Shown piece after piece: positions 50,684-59,972 of a DNA stretch of 64,000 bases; within the stretch, counting starts at the first letter, position 1, and each line of letters starts with the position of its first letter. Both the position numbers and the translations under genes were made by a program. Location: positions 9,338-73,337 of the forward strand of contig CAZECE010000141.1 of NCBI GenBank assembly GCA_964510525.1, written 5' to 3'. The stretch is from an uncultured Pseudomonadales bacterium (GTDB taxonomy: Bacteria > Pseudomonadota > Gammaproteobacteria > Pseudomonadales > JANQJO01). The notes beneath the pieces were generated by a model. It was not told where the DNA came from. It did not search any database and was given only the letters and a program-made list of their open reading frames with translations.

Positions 50684-51931
50684 TTGTTATATTATAACTT
50701 TTCTTCGAAATTAAGGGTATTGATGCTTTCTGATGTATGGCTTTCTACCATTGGAAATTTGGTGGGTAGATTTTTTAATCTATTACTACCTTTTTTTATT
50801 ATTGGTATAATTGGGGTTTCAGAAACATCAGATTTCATTATTTTGTGTTTGACGGTAATACAGATTTGTGGAGTTACTCTAGCTAATTCCTATACTGATG
50901 CGACCATTGCTCATATTCGTAATAATCTTAATTTGATAAGGTTTTCTTCAAGAGAGCTTTGCCTTCTTATATTTGTCAGTATCTTTCCGGTGCTCATGAC
51001 ATTTTTAAGTCCCGATACTTTTCAAATTAGTTTGGGTGTTGCAGTACTTCTTTTCTTATTAAACTTTGTGGGTTTATTAAATGGAAGGTATGCTGCATAC
51101 GTTTTAAAAAATAAAAACTTTTTACTTCCAGGTCTTTTGTGGGCCTATAGAGCCATTCCTATTTTTTTTATATTTTTATTATCTGAAATAGAAAATATCA
51201 TTGAGTGGTTCTTGTTTTCTCTTTTAATTTCTGATTCGTTGAGGTTGATACATTATAAAATGACTTTGAATAGGTATGGGGTGTATTCGACTATAAGTAA
51301 AAATAGCTATTCGAACTTTATCTTTTTTATAATGCTGGCATCCTACATTTTTGGTTTTAATCCAATGATTGATAGGCTAATTGCAAGCATCCAAGGTGTT
51401 GGTGGGATATCTGTGTATGAAATTGCTGATAGGATTTATAGCGTTTTTGCTACCATAATTTCAGTTGGATTATCTACCGTTGCTTTAGTAAATTTCTCTG
51501 GTGCTGATAATGAAATAATAAGAAAAAAAATGTTTTTTAAAAGTTTAAAGTTGTCTTTTATTCTTGGTATGGGAGGCGTGATCGTTGGAAATGCTATTTT
51601 GTATTTTTTTAATGAGCTTTTTATTGATATTTATCATCAGCAGATTTTGATTACTAAAATCATTGTAATACAGTTATTTATTCTACCTTTTTTTTTAATT
51701 GGAATCGTTTCGGCGAAGTTTTTAGTTGCAAAGCTTAGATACGATTTAATTCTATGGTCCGGGATTATAGGAATAATAGTGAATTCTCTAACAAGCTTTC
51801 TTGGCTTTAAATTATTTGGATTACCTGGTATTGCGTTTGGTACTTTGGTCATGTACGTGTTTAACTCTGCTTATGTAACTTACTGGGCTGTAAACTTTAG
51901 TCTTCAAAATTATGAAGGTACTTTCAAATGA
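50684..51931 (+). CDS. MOP-superfamily (MurJ/Wzx-like) flippase
   Basis: About 12 TMs; DRLIAS...GGISVYEIADRI resembles a MurJ-type motif. Confidence 0.6.
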   Translation: MLYYNFSSKLRVLMLSDVWLSTIGNLVGRFFNLLLPFFIIGIIGVSETSDFIILCLTVIQICGVTLANSYTDATIAHIRNNLNLIRFSSRELCLLIFVSIFPVLMTFLSPDTFQISLGVAVLLFLLNFVGLLNGRYAAYVLKNKNFLLPGLLWAYRAIPIFFIFLLSEIENIIEWFLFSLLISDSLRLIHYKMTLNRYGVYSTISKNSYSNFIFFIMLASYIFGFNPMIDRLIASIQGVGGISVYEIADRIYSVFATIISVGLSTVALVNFSGADNEIIRKKMFFKSLKLSFILGMGGVIVGNAILYFFNELFIDIYHQQILITKIIVIQLFILPFFLIGIVSAKFLVAKLRYDLILWSGIIGIIVNSLTSFLGFKLFGLPGIAFGTLVMYVFNSAYVTYWAVNFSLQNYEGTFK

Positions 51932-52704
51932 GCCAAATCAAAAAACTAATGAAATTCATAAAAATGGTAGGTTCTAGAAATCCTCTAATTAGATTTGAGA
52001 TACTGGTTTGGCTGGGAAAAAAGATATTTCCTCTATATCGGTTTAGTTGGTTTCAAATGGATTGGTGGGAAAATAAGAGCTTTAATCATTATCTTGATGA
52101 TTTTGAAGAGCAAAATGGTTTTAATATGGAACGTCGATGGATGTTGTATCAATTGCTTAGATTGACATACGCTATTAAGGGTGACACTGCAGAATGTGGT
52201 GTATATAAGGGAGCTTCTTCCTATTTAATATGTTTAATGAACGAAAAATATGATGACCTTAATATTGAAAAAGAACATTTCATGTTTGATTCTTTTGAAG
52301 GTTTGTCAAGACCTCTTACGCTTGATGGTCGACACTGGTCAGAAGGTGATTTGAGCTATGAATTATCATCATTGAAAGATGCTATGTCGTCTTTCAAAAA
52401 TGTGCATTATTTAAAAGGATGGATTCCTGAAAGGTTTGATGATGTTCAAGATAGGGCATTTAGCTTTGTTCACATAGATGTTGATTTATTTCAACCGACT
52501 TTTGATAGTGTTAGTTTCTTTTATCCTCGTTTGTCGCAAGGGGCAGTGCTTCTTTGTGATGATTATGGGTGTACTACATGTCCCGGAGCTACAAAAGCTA
52601 TTGATGATTATCTTAAAGATAAAAGTGAAAAAATGATTTCGCTGCCGGATGGCGGCGGTTTTTTGATTAAAGGTGTGCATACATCGCCTGATTTTATAAT
52701 TTGA
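51928..52704 (+). CDS. TylF/NovP/MycF-family sugar O-methyltransferase
   Basis: GDTAECGVYKG, FDSFEG, KGWIPE, HIDVDL, DDYG. Confidence 0.88.
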   Translation: MSQIKKLMKFIKMVGSRNPLIRFEILVWLGKKIFPLYRFSWFQMDWWENKSFNHYLDDFEEQNGFNMERRWMLYQLLRLTYAIKGDTAECGVYKGASSYLICLMNEKYDDLNIEKEHFMFDSFEGLSRPLTLDGRHWSEGDLSYELSSLKDAMSSFKNVHYLKGWIPERFDDVQDRAFSFVHIDVDLFQPTFDSVSFFYPRLSQGAVLLCDDYGCTTCPGATKAIDDYLKDKSEKMISLPDGGGFLIKGVHTSPDFII

Positions 52705-52727
52705 ATCATCTGACATCATGAAAAGAG

Positions 52728-54572
52728 TTATTGCGTACGTTCTTGTTCAAACCAAATAAAATAGCAGTAAATTAACCATAACTGTAAGCCGTAATCCTGT
52801 TGCCCTGTTTGGTGTTTCTTAATCAAGTTTTGAAGAGAATTACTGTTTACATAATGCGTATCGAGCTGACTCATTTCTAATAGCTTTTTACCAAGCCTGC
52901 CTTTAAACCAGTTGCCTATTGGTACGGCGAACCCTTGTTTTTTTCTAGCAAGAAAATTTTTAGGGAAATGATTGGTATAGGTATCTTTTAAAATGTGTTT
53001 TCCATGCAGTAATTTTTGTTTGTAGTGAATAGGCAGACTGTTAACAAAGCGTATAACGGACTTATCTAGAAAGGGAGCTCTGGGCTCGACAGAGTTTGCC
53101 ATGGCGGCACGATCTACTTTGAGTAATATGTCTTCAGGTAAATAGTGAGTTTGATCACAAAACTGCATTTTGCTGACAGGGTTGGTATTAAAATCATTAA
53201 GCGGGTAGGGGCGTAGCTCAGCATGTGGAAAAAGTGCTTGAAAGATTCCCTTTTCGAATTGCTCGGGTGCGAATTGTTGATGGTTTTGCCGTGTACGTTC
53301 ACAAAAATTGGCGAGCAGCCGAAGTCTGCGCTTTATACTGCCACTGTGGTGTTTAGTTGTATCGCCCAACAAGGCGGATAGTTTATTTAGAGTGAATCGA
53401 AATAAGGGGTTGCCTAGGTGCAGAGTGTCGTAAACATATCGTGCTTGATATCGTCGGTAGCCTGAAAATAGCTCATCCGCGCCATCACCACTTAATACAA
53501 CTTTTACGTGCTGGCTTGCTAACTGAAACGCAAGGAATGTGGGGAGTATAGAAATATCGGCGAAGGGTTCACCTATGTGCTGCAATATCAACTTCGTTAA
53601 ACGCTCTTGATCAAAATCTTGCAGTGTGATTTCAGAGTGATCTGAGCCAATTTGGTTTGCAATGATTCGGGCATGTCGGCTTTCATCGTAACTTTTTTCA
53701 TCAAAACCAATGCAAAAGGTTTTTAAAGGCTTAGAGCTTTGTTTTGCGGCTAGGCAAGCAACTATGGATGAATCCACTCCTCCAGAGAGTAAGCACCCTA
53801 CTTCAACGTCAGATACTAGGCGTTTCTTAACTGATTCTTCTAATTCTATTTTTAGTTGATCCTTCGCTTCGTCATAGGTACCCTGAAATGGCGTAATTGA
53901 TTCAATCGGTGACCAATAAGGCTGAATATCTATCTGTGCTTGTGGCTGCCATGTGGCGTAGCATCCAGGGGGCAATTTGTGAATATCTTGGTAAATGGTT
54001 TTATCGGTTGGTGTATAGCCATACTGGAAATAATGGCTTAAAGCACTTTGATTAGTTGCTGGTGAAGATTGTAATATTTTTTTTAAAGCCGGTAACTCTG
54101 AGCTTAGCGCTAACTCATTATTGAGCGTTGTGTAATACAGTGGCTTTTTTCCAATAGGGTCTCGAGCGAGAAAAACGCTGTTTTCTTGATGATTAACAAA
54201 TGCAAAAGCCCACATACCATTTAATTTTGTAAGGAAAGCGGGTCCTTCCAACATGAGGCCTGCCAATAGCACTTCAGTATCGCCATGGGTTTTGAATGAC
54301 CATCTTGGGCTGAGCTGGGTTCTAAGGGCTTTGTAATTATAAATTTCGCCGTTGTAGGTGAGGGTGTGGTTTTTATCCGGGGATTGTATTGGTTGATTAC
54401 TGGTCGATAAATCAATAATTGAGAGTCGAGTGTGTCCAATATAAAAAGGCGACATGAATAAGCTATTTTGAGCGTCAGGGCCGCGGTGAGTCAAGCTGCG
54501 CAAGGCTGAAGAAAAGTGTTGTTGCTTTTCTTCAGAAGGTTTTGTTGTGTATTGGAGAAGAATACCGCACAT
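52728..54572 (-). CDS. AsnB-family glutamine amidotransferase (glycan amidation type), copy 2
   Basis: MCG start at 54572, HRGPD, RLSIIDL, LSGGVDSS, SGDGADELFSGY, KVDRAAMANSVE.R.PFLD. Confidence 0.9.
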   Translation of the reverse strand: MCGILLQYTTKPSEEKQQHFSSALRSLTHRGPDAQNSLFMSPFYIGHTRLSIIDLSTSNQPIQSPDKNHTLTYNGEIYNYKALRTQLSPRWSFKTHGDTEVLLAGLMLEGPAFLTKLNGMWAFAFVNHQENSVFLARDPIGKKPLYYTTLNNELALSSELPALKKILQSSPATNQSALSHYFQYGYTPTDKTIYQDIHKLPPGCYATWQPQAQIDIQPYWSPIESITPFQGTYDEAKDQLKIELEESVKKRLVSDVEVGCLLSGGVDSSIVACLAAKQSSKPLKTFCIGFDEKSYDESRHARIIANQIGSDHSEITLQDFDQERLTKLILQHIGEPFADISILPTFLAFQLASQHVKVVLSGDGADELFSGYRRYQARYVYDTLHLGNPLFRFTLNKLSALLGDTTKHHSGSIKRRLRLLANFCERTRQNHQQFAPEQFEKGIFQALFPHAELRPYPLNDFNTNPVSKMQFCDQTHYLPEDILLKVDRAAMANSVEPRAPFLDKSVIRFVNSLPIHYKQKLLHGKHILKDTYTNHFPKNFLARKKQGFAVPIGNWFKGRLGKKLLEMSQLDTHYVNSNSLQNLIKKHQTGQQDYGLQLWLIYCYFIWFEQERTQ

Positions 54573-54707
54573 TTGATTCATTATACTACAGGCTGATTAA
54601 GTAAAGTCGTTGTTTTTATTATATATATCCTATACTTGAAAGGTTTTCTCGGTAAATAGGTTGGGCTTTTAAAAGATAACGAGGGAAAACCTTAATTAAC
54701 TAGGAAA

Positions 54708-55700
54708 ATGCACATGAAAAAAGTGCAAACTAAGGCGGCTTTATTTGGTTTAGTAGCTATTGTGGCTGGTTTTTCGCTGTACTTATTCGGCGTACTTCTT
54801 GGGCCTATCCGATTGCTTTTGGGTAACCCGGAATTTATAAAGGCCATCAACGAATTCATTGTTTGGTATAGCGGTGTGCCAGTAGTCATAGGTATTGCGC
54901 TCATTGTTTTTGATTTTTTGACTAAGGTAAATTGGCATCGGGCAACCAGACATATTCGGTACCAGAAATTATTCAATCCCAGTATTTCGGTCGCCTTAAC
55001 AGCATATAACGATGAGTTAAGTATCGCTGATTCTGTAAAAGACTTTCTAAAACAACCCAATGTTAAGCGAGTCATTGTCGTTAGTAATAATAGTACTGAT
55101 GGCACAATGGAAAAGGCTGAACAAGCTGGTGCAATAGTGCTCAATGAATCTCAGCAAGGGTATGGTGCTTGTGTGTATCGCGCCTTGACAGAAGCCTGTC
55201 AGTATGAAGATTCCGAATTGGTATTGTTGTGTGAGGGCGATTGTACGTTTTCAGCAGAAGATATCCCGAAATTTTTATCTTACATTGATCATGCGGATAT
55301 TGTGAATGGCACTCGCATTGTTGAAAAACTTCAAGAAAGCCAAACTCAGTTATCAACTTTTATGCATTATGGTAATTTATTTGTTGGGAAATTATTAGAA
55401 GCAAAATATTTAGGACAGGTAACGCTAACAGATGTGGGAACCACATACAAGGTGTGTCGGAAAGAACCATTACGTGCATTGCTACCAAAATTGAATTCTG
55501 CCTTTAATTTAACATTTAATCCTTATTTTCTAGATCAAGCACTGTTAAATGGAATGACGATTGTTGAATGTCCGATTGCTTTTTTACCCAGAGTCGGTGA
55601 AAGCAAAGGCGGCAATATCAATAATAAAGTCGCTTTTCGATTAGGGGTGGGCATGATTTTAGGTATCTTGTCTGATTGGAGGTTTTCACGCCATGGGTAA
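54708..55700 (+). CDS. GT2 glycosyltransferase with N-terminal TMs (polyprenol-phosphate sugar synthase-like)
   Basis: LTAYNDE, NNSTDGT, QGYG, EGD (DxD variant), TDVGTTYK, RVGESK. Confidence 0.82.
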   Translation: MHMKKVQTKAALFGLVAIVAGFSLYLFGVLLGPIRLLLGNPEFIKAINEFIVWYSGVPVVIGIALIVFDFLTKVNWHRATRHIRYQKLFNPSISVALTAYNDELSIADSVKDFLKQPNVKRVIVVSNNSTDGTMEKAEQAGAIVLNESQQGYGACVYRALTEACQYEDSELVLLCEGDCTFSAEDIPKFLSYIDHADIVNGTRIVEKLQESQTQLSTFMHYGNLFVGKLLEAKYLGQVTLTDVGTTYKVCRKEPLRALLPKLNSAFNLTFNPYFLDQALLNGMTIVECPIAFLPRVGESKGGNINNKVAFRLGVGMILGILSDWRFSRHG

Positions 55701-56331
55701 TGAGTACCATGAATCACGTTTAACGTATGATCCAAAGCGAGAAATTTTATGGAAGACATTGGTAACATACTATTTCCAGAAAATGATTTCTGAAGATGCG
55801 CATGTGTTAGAGTTAGGGGCCGGTTATTGTGATTTTATTAATCATGTTAAAGCAAACAAAAAAATGGCTTTGGATCTCTGGCCTGGGGTAGTTGATTATG
55901 CAGCTAATGATGTTGAGTGTGTGGTTTCGGATATTGCTGGAGAATTAGATATTTCAGACAACACTTTGGATTTTGTGTTTGCGAGTAATATTTTTGAACA
56001 TATTTCACAGGAAAAGTTAGCTGAAACGCTGTTAAATTTGAAAAAAAAATTAAAGAAAACGAGTACTCTTTGTATTTTGCAACCAAATTATCGATTTGCT
56101 TACAAAGAGTATTTTGATGATTATACGCATGTATCTATTTGGTCGGATGTTTCATTAAGTGATTTTTTACACGTTAATGGCTTCAGAGTTAGGCGTATTC
56201 ACCCTGGTTTTTTGCCATTATCAATAAAGTCCCGTCTGCCAACGCACCCTTGGTTGATTCGAGCGTATCTAAAAAGCCCCATTAAACCCTTAGCTAAACA
56301 GATGTTATTGTTTGCGGAGCCAGTTTCGTGA
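55693..56331 (+). CDS. Class I SAM-dependent methyltransferase
   Basis: LELGAGYCDF, FASNIFEH, QPNYR.AY.EYFDDYTH. Confidence 0.85.
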   Translation: MGNEYHESRLTYDPKREILWKTLVTYYFQKMISEDAHVLELGAGYCDFINHVKANKKMALDLWPGVVDYAANDVECVVSDIAGELDISDNTLDFVFASNIFEHISQEKLAETLLNLKKKLKKTSTLCILQPNYRFAYKEYFDDYTHVSIWSDVSLSDFLHVNGFRVRRIHPGFLPLSIKSRLPTHPWLIRAYLKSPIKPLAKQMLLFAEPVS

Positions 56332-58115
56332 ATGTATTAAGTCTATTTAACAGCAATAGGCGTTTTATAAATGTTGTGGCTATTGTATTTTTGGTTTTTT
56401 ACACGATCTGGCTATATTATCCAACAATTTATTTTGATTTTGTTTATTTTGATGACGATCGTTTGCTGTTGAGGCATTCGATGTTATACGAATGCACAAC
56501 GCTTAGTGCGTGCTTTAATGCTTTCTTAACTCATATTCCGGAGTGTGAAGAACCACTGGTTATCAGAAATTTAACTTGGTTGTTGGATGCGAAGATATTT
56601 GGGTTTCAGAACCCGATGGGGTATCACATATCAAATATACTTTACCATGCATCTGTAGTAGTTCTGGCATTTGTTTTTCTTCTTAGATTTACCCGTCACT
56701 TTTATCTTTCTTTTCTTGTGACTTTTTTATATTCATCTCTAGCTATTCACACTGAATCTGTTGGGTGGATCATGGGAAGAAAGGATATTTTGTCTGGTGT
56801 TTTTTTATTTCTCCTTCTAAATACAGAAATATCTTATTCAAAAGCAGTTAATTATAAAAATAAGTACTCTTTATATTTTATAACCATTTTGTTAGTAACA
56901 ATGGCCTGTTTATCTAAAATATCTTCACTTTCTTTTTGCTTTGTTTTATTGATGTTTAAATTGATAACAAATAAAGATGCTTGTCATGATTATTTTTTCA
57001 GAAGATCAATTTTAGAAGTCATACCACATTTTACAATATCATTATTCTTGTACGTGTGGTATGCCTCGATTTTAGAGCCTATTGTGCTTAATAAAACCGC
57101 AGAGTTTTCTTATTTTGAAAAAATTTATATTTTACTTTTTGTAAATCCATTAGTATTTCTAAAATACTTAATGTTAATACTCAGTCCAGCTAAGCTTTCT
57201 GTAGTTTATAGTTGGCAGGGTATCCATGAAGTTAATAGTGCCTTTGATTGCGTTCTATCTGCAGCAGTACTATTTACACTTTCTGGATTTTTGATTTTCC
57301 TATTTAAAAAGAGGTTCTACAAGTCTGTTTTCTGTTTTTTATCTGTGTTGGCTTTGCTTGCTCCATATTCTAATCTTGTAAATTTTGGATGGTGGTATGC
57401 TAATAGATATATATACGTGGCTTCATTTTTTTTAATTGCAGCAATCGGTATAGCTATAAAAAAAATAGCTAATAGTCGCGTTAGAAAAATATTGGTTAAT
57501 ACTTTTTTTATTTGTATTCTTTTGATAAATACCGTGCAAGCAAAACTACATATTCCTGCATGGAAAAATATTGATAACTTTTGTGATCACCATCTGGCCG
57601 TCTCTCAAACTAAACAGGCTACAATTAGCTGGTGTATTAAAATTGTCGAAAATTACTCTAATTATTATCCTGATGAAAAAAGGCAAGCCATTTTAAAGAG
57701 ATGGTTAGAGATCGCATTAGAATCTTCAAAAGAAGTTTTTGATAATGATTTAAGAATTAGAAAAGATTATGCATTACTAAATTACAGTATTGGGCGCTTA
57801 TATTTTTTGTTAGGCGTATCGTTAGATAAGCAACTTTACTATTACAAACGATCCTTTGAATTAGATTCAGATTATTTAGAATCAAGCTTTACATTAGCTC
57901 AAGCTTATTTAGAAAAAATCAGATTAAATAATGGAGAACATAAAAATAATAAAGAGTGGATTGAATTGTCGGCAATGTACTTCGTACACTATTTTAAAGA
58001 GGTGGATTGGAATTTAGAGGTGCAAAATCAATATGACTTATTTTTTCCTATGTTCTCAAATTATCCAGAAGTACAAAAAAGACTTGAAGATGTAAGAAGC
58101 GAAAGAGTTAGGTGA
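56328..58115 (+). CDS. TMTC-like GT-C glycosyltransferase, paralog A
   Basis: FVYFDDD, YHISN, HTESVGWIMGRKDIL, SKIS, ANRYIY; multi-TM with helical C-terminal tail. Confidence 0.75.
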   Translation: MNVLSLFNSNRRFINVVAIVFLVFYTIWLYYPTIYFDFVYFDDDRLLLRHSMLYECTTLSACFNAFLTHIPECEEPLVIRNLTWLLDAKIFGFQNPMGYHISNILYHASVVVLAFVFLLRFTRHFYLSFLVTFLYSSLAIHTESVGWIMGRKDILSGVFLFLLLNTEISYSKAVNYKNKYSLYFITILLVTMACLSKISSLSFCFVLLMFKLITNKDACHDYFFRRSILEVIPHFTISLFLYVWYASILEPIVLNKTAEFSYFEKIYILLFVNPLVFLKYLMLILSPAKLSVVYSWQGIHEVNSAFDCVLSAAVLFTLSGFLIFLFKKRFYKSVFCFLSVLALLAPYSNLVNFGWWYANRYIYVASFFLIAAIGIAIKKIANSRVRKILVNTFFICILLINTVQAKLHIPAWKNIDNFCDHHLAVSQTKQATISWCIKIVENYSNYYPDEKRQAILKRWLEIALESSKEVFDNDLRIRKDYALLNYSIGRLYFLLGVSLDKQLYYYKRSFELDSDYLESSFTLAQAYLEKIRLNNGEHKNNKEWIELSAMYFVHYFKEVDWNLEVQNQYDLFFPMFSNYPEVQKRLEDVRSERVR

Positions 58116-58166
58116 GTATTAGAATACTAATGATTTTTTTATTGCATATATATTCTTTTTTTTAAA

Positions 58167-59972
58167 ATGAATAAATTAACTCAACTAATTAGAAGTAATC
58201 AAATATTAAGTATGGTAGTTGTTGCTTTTTTATTTGGTTACTCTATTTTCTTGTATCTTCCAAGCATCCAATTCGATTTTGTTTATTTTGATGATGATCG
58301 CTTGGTATTAAGGCAGGGTGTTTTTTATGACTGTGGAGGTTTTAGTGATTGTGTTAAGGCGTTTATTAATTACATTCCTACCGCAGAAGAGCCTTTAATA
58401 TTTAGAAATGTAACATGGTTAGTGGATGCCAAAATCTTTGGTCATGAAAATCCATTTGGTTATCATTTAGGAAATGTTGTATACCATGCTTTGGTAATCG
58501 TATTCGCTTTTATTTTTCTTTACCGTTTTACAAAAAAAATCATTCCATCTTTTCTAGCTGTTTTCTTATACGCCTCTCTGGCTATTCATACCGAGTCAGT
58601 GGGTTGGATTATGGGTCGTAAGGATATTTTATCAGCTCTTTTTTTATTTTTACTATTAAACGTGGAGCTTTATTATTTTAAAGCTAAAAAATTAAGAAAC
58701 AAAAGTACATATTACTCTCTGACTCTGCTGCTTATTTCTCTGGCTTGTTTGTCGAAAATTTCAGCCATTACTTTTTGTATTATCTTATTTCTATTTAAGA
58801 TATTGCTTAATATACAAGAGAATAAAATTCTTTTAAAAAAATCTCTGTTAGAGACTTTACCTCACATATTCGTGTCTGTTTTGATTTATCAATGGTATAG
58901 CGGGGTTCTGGAAGTCAGTGGTGTACTAAAAATTTCGACACAATTTTCGTTGATGGAAAAGCTGTACATTCTGTTTGTCATAGATCCGCTGGTTTTGATC
59001 AAATACATTTTTTTAGTTTTAAGCCCACATAAATTATCAGTTTCATATCAGTGGTTGGGTATTGAAGAAAAGCTTAGCGTTTACGATTATGGGCTTTCTT
59101 TTTTGGTTATTATAACCTGCTTGTTAATATTGTGTCATTTAGTGATAAAGAAAAAGTATAGAATTAGTTTCTTTTTTCTCTCTTTATTTTTTTTACTCAT
59201 TCCTTATTCGAATATGGTTAATTATGGTTGGTGGTATGCCAATCGATATTTTTACGTAGCCTCATTTTTTCTGATTTCTTCGGCTGTGATTTTTTTAAGT
59301 GATTTTACTTTTAGTCGAATAGCTAAAATAGCAATGTCTTTTCTTTATATTAGTTTAATTGTCATTAATGTTGTACAAATAAAAGCACATTTACCTGTTT
59401 GGAAAGATTCAGATTCACTTTGTAATCATCATTTGTCCATTTCAAGATTTAAGAAAGGGACTGTTAAATGGTGTATGAAAATAATAGAAAATCACTCTTA
59501 TGATTTGCCTAAAGAACAAAAGAATAAGATGCTCTCTAAATGGTTATCGTTGGGTATTAAGGCTTTAGAATTTGAAAATGATGATGAATATAGTGTCACT
59601 AAAACGGATTTCATACTTAATTATCGTGTGGGGCGGTATTTGTATTTGTTGAAAGCTCCTTTGGATCAGCAAATACATTATTTCCAACGTTCTTTTGAAT
59701 TAAATCCAAAATTTCCAGATGCGAGTTTTGCCTTAGCTCAGTCTTATTTTGGGTTGGTAAGTATAAATAGCGATTCACTAGTGGCTAATAAATTTGCAGA
59801 GATCTCTGGTCAGTATTTTATGCGGTATTTTGAAAATGTAGTATGGAACCCATCGGCTGAAGCTCAGTTTGAACCAATTTATTTGGCGTTTTCGGATCAT
59901 CCGGAAATTCAAAGTAATCTCTTAAAGATAAAAAATGTAAAAACACAAAAAGTAAAAAATGGTTTTCACTAG
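58167..59972 (+). CDS. TMTC-like GT-C glycosyltransferase, paralog B
   Basis: Same motifs as paralog A, aligned by eye over the full length (FVYFDDD, EEPL, HTESVGWIMGRKDIL, GWWYANRY). Confidence 0.75.
   Translation: MNKLTQLIRSNQILSMVVVAFLFGYSIFLYLPSIQFDFVYFDDDRLVLRQGVFYDCGGFSDCVKAFINYIPTAEEPLIFRNVTWLVDAKIFGHENPFGYHLGNVVYHALVIVFAFIFLYRFTKKIIPSFLAVFLYASLAIHTESVGWIMGRKDILSALFLFLLLNVELYYFKAKKLRNKSTYYSLTLLLISLACLSKISAITFCIILFLFKILLNIQENKILLKKSLLETLPHIFVSVLIYQWYSGVLEVSGVLKISTQFSLMEKLYILFVIDPLVLIKYIFLVLSPHKLSVSYQWLGIEEKLSVYDYGLSFLVIITCLLILCHLVIKKKYRISFFFLSLFFLLIPYSNMVNYGWWYANRYFYVASFFLISSAVIFLSDFTFSRIAKIAMSFLYISLIVINVVQIKAHLPVWKDSDSLCNHHLSISRFKKGTVKWCMKIIENHSYDLPKEQKNKMLSKWLSLGIKALEFENDDEYSVTKTDFILNYRVGRYLYLLKAPLDQQIHYFQRSFELNPKFPDASFALAQSYFGLVSINSDSLVANKFAEISGQYFMRYFENVVWNPSAEAQFEPIYLAFSDHPEIQSNLLKIKNVKTQKVKNGFH

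Noticed and set aside
48921-51696. A9/T9 homopolymers as phase-variation switches in the GT4 and flippase genes
   Set aside because: Both frames are intact, and such runs are expected in very AT-rich genes. There are no long G/C tracts.
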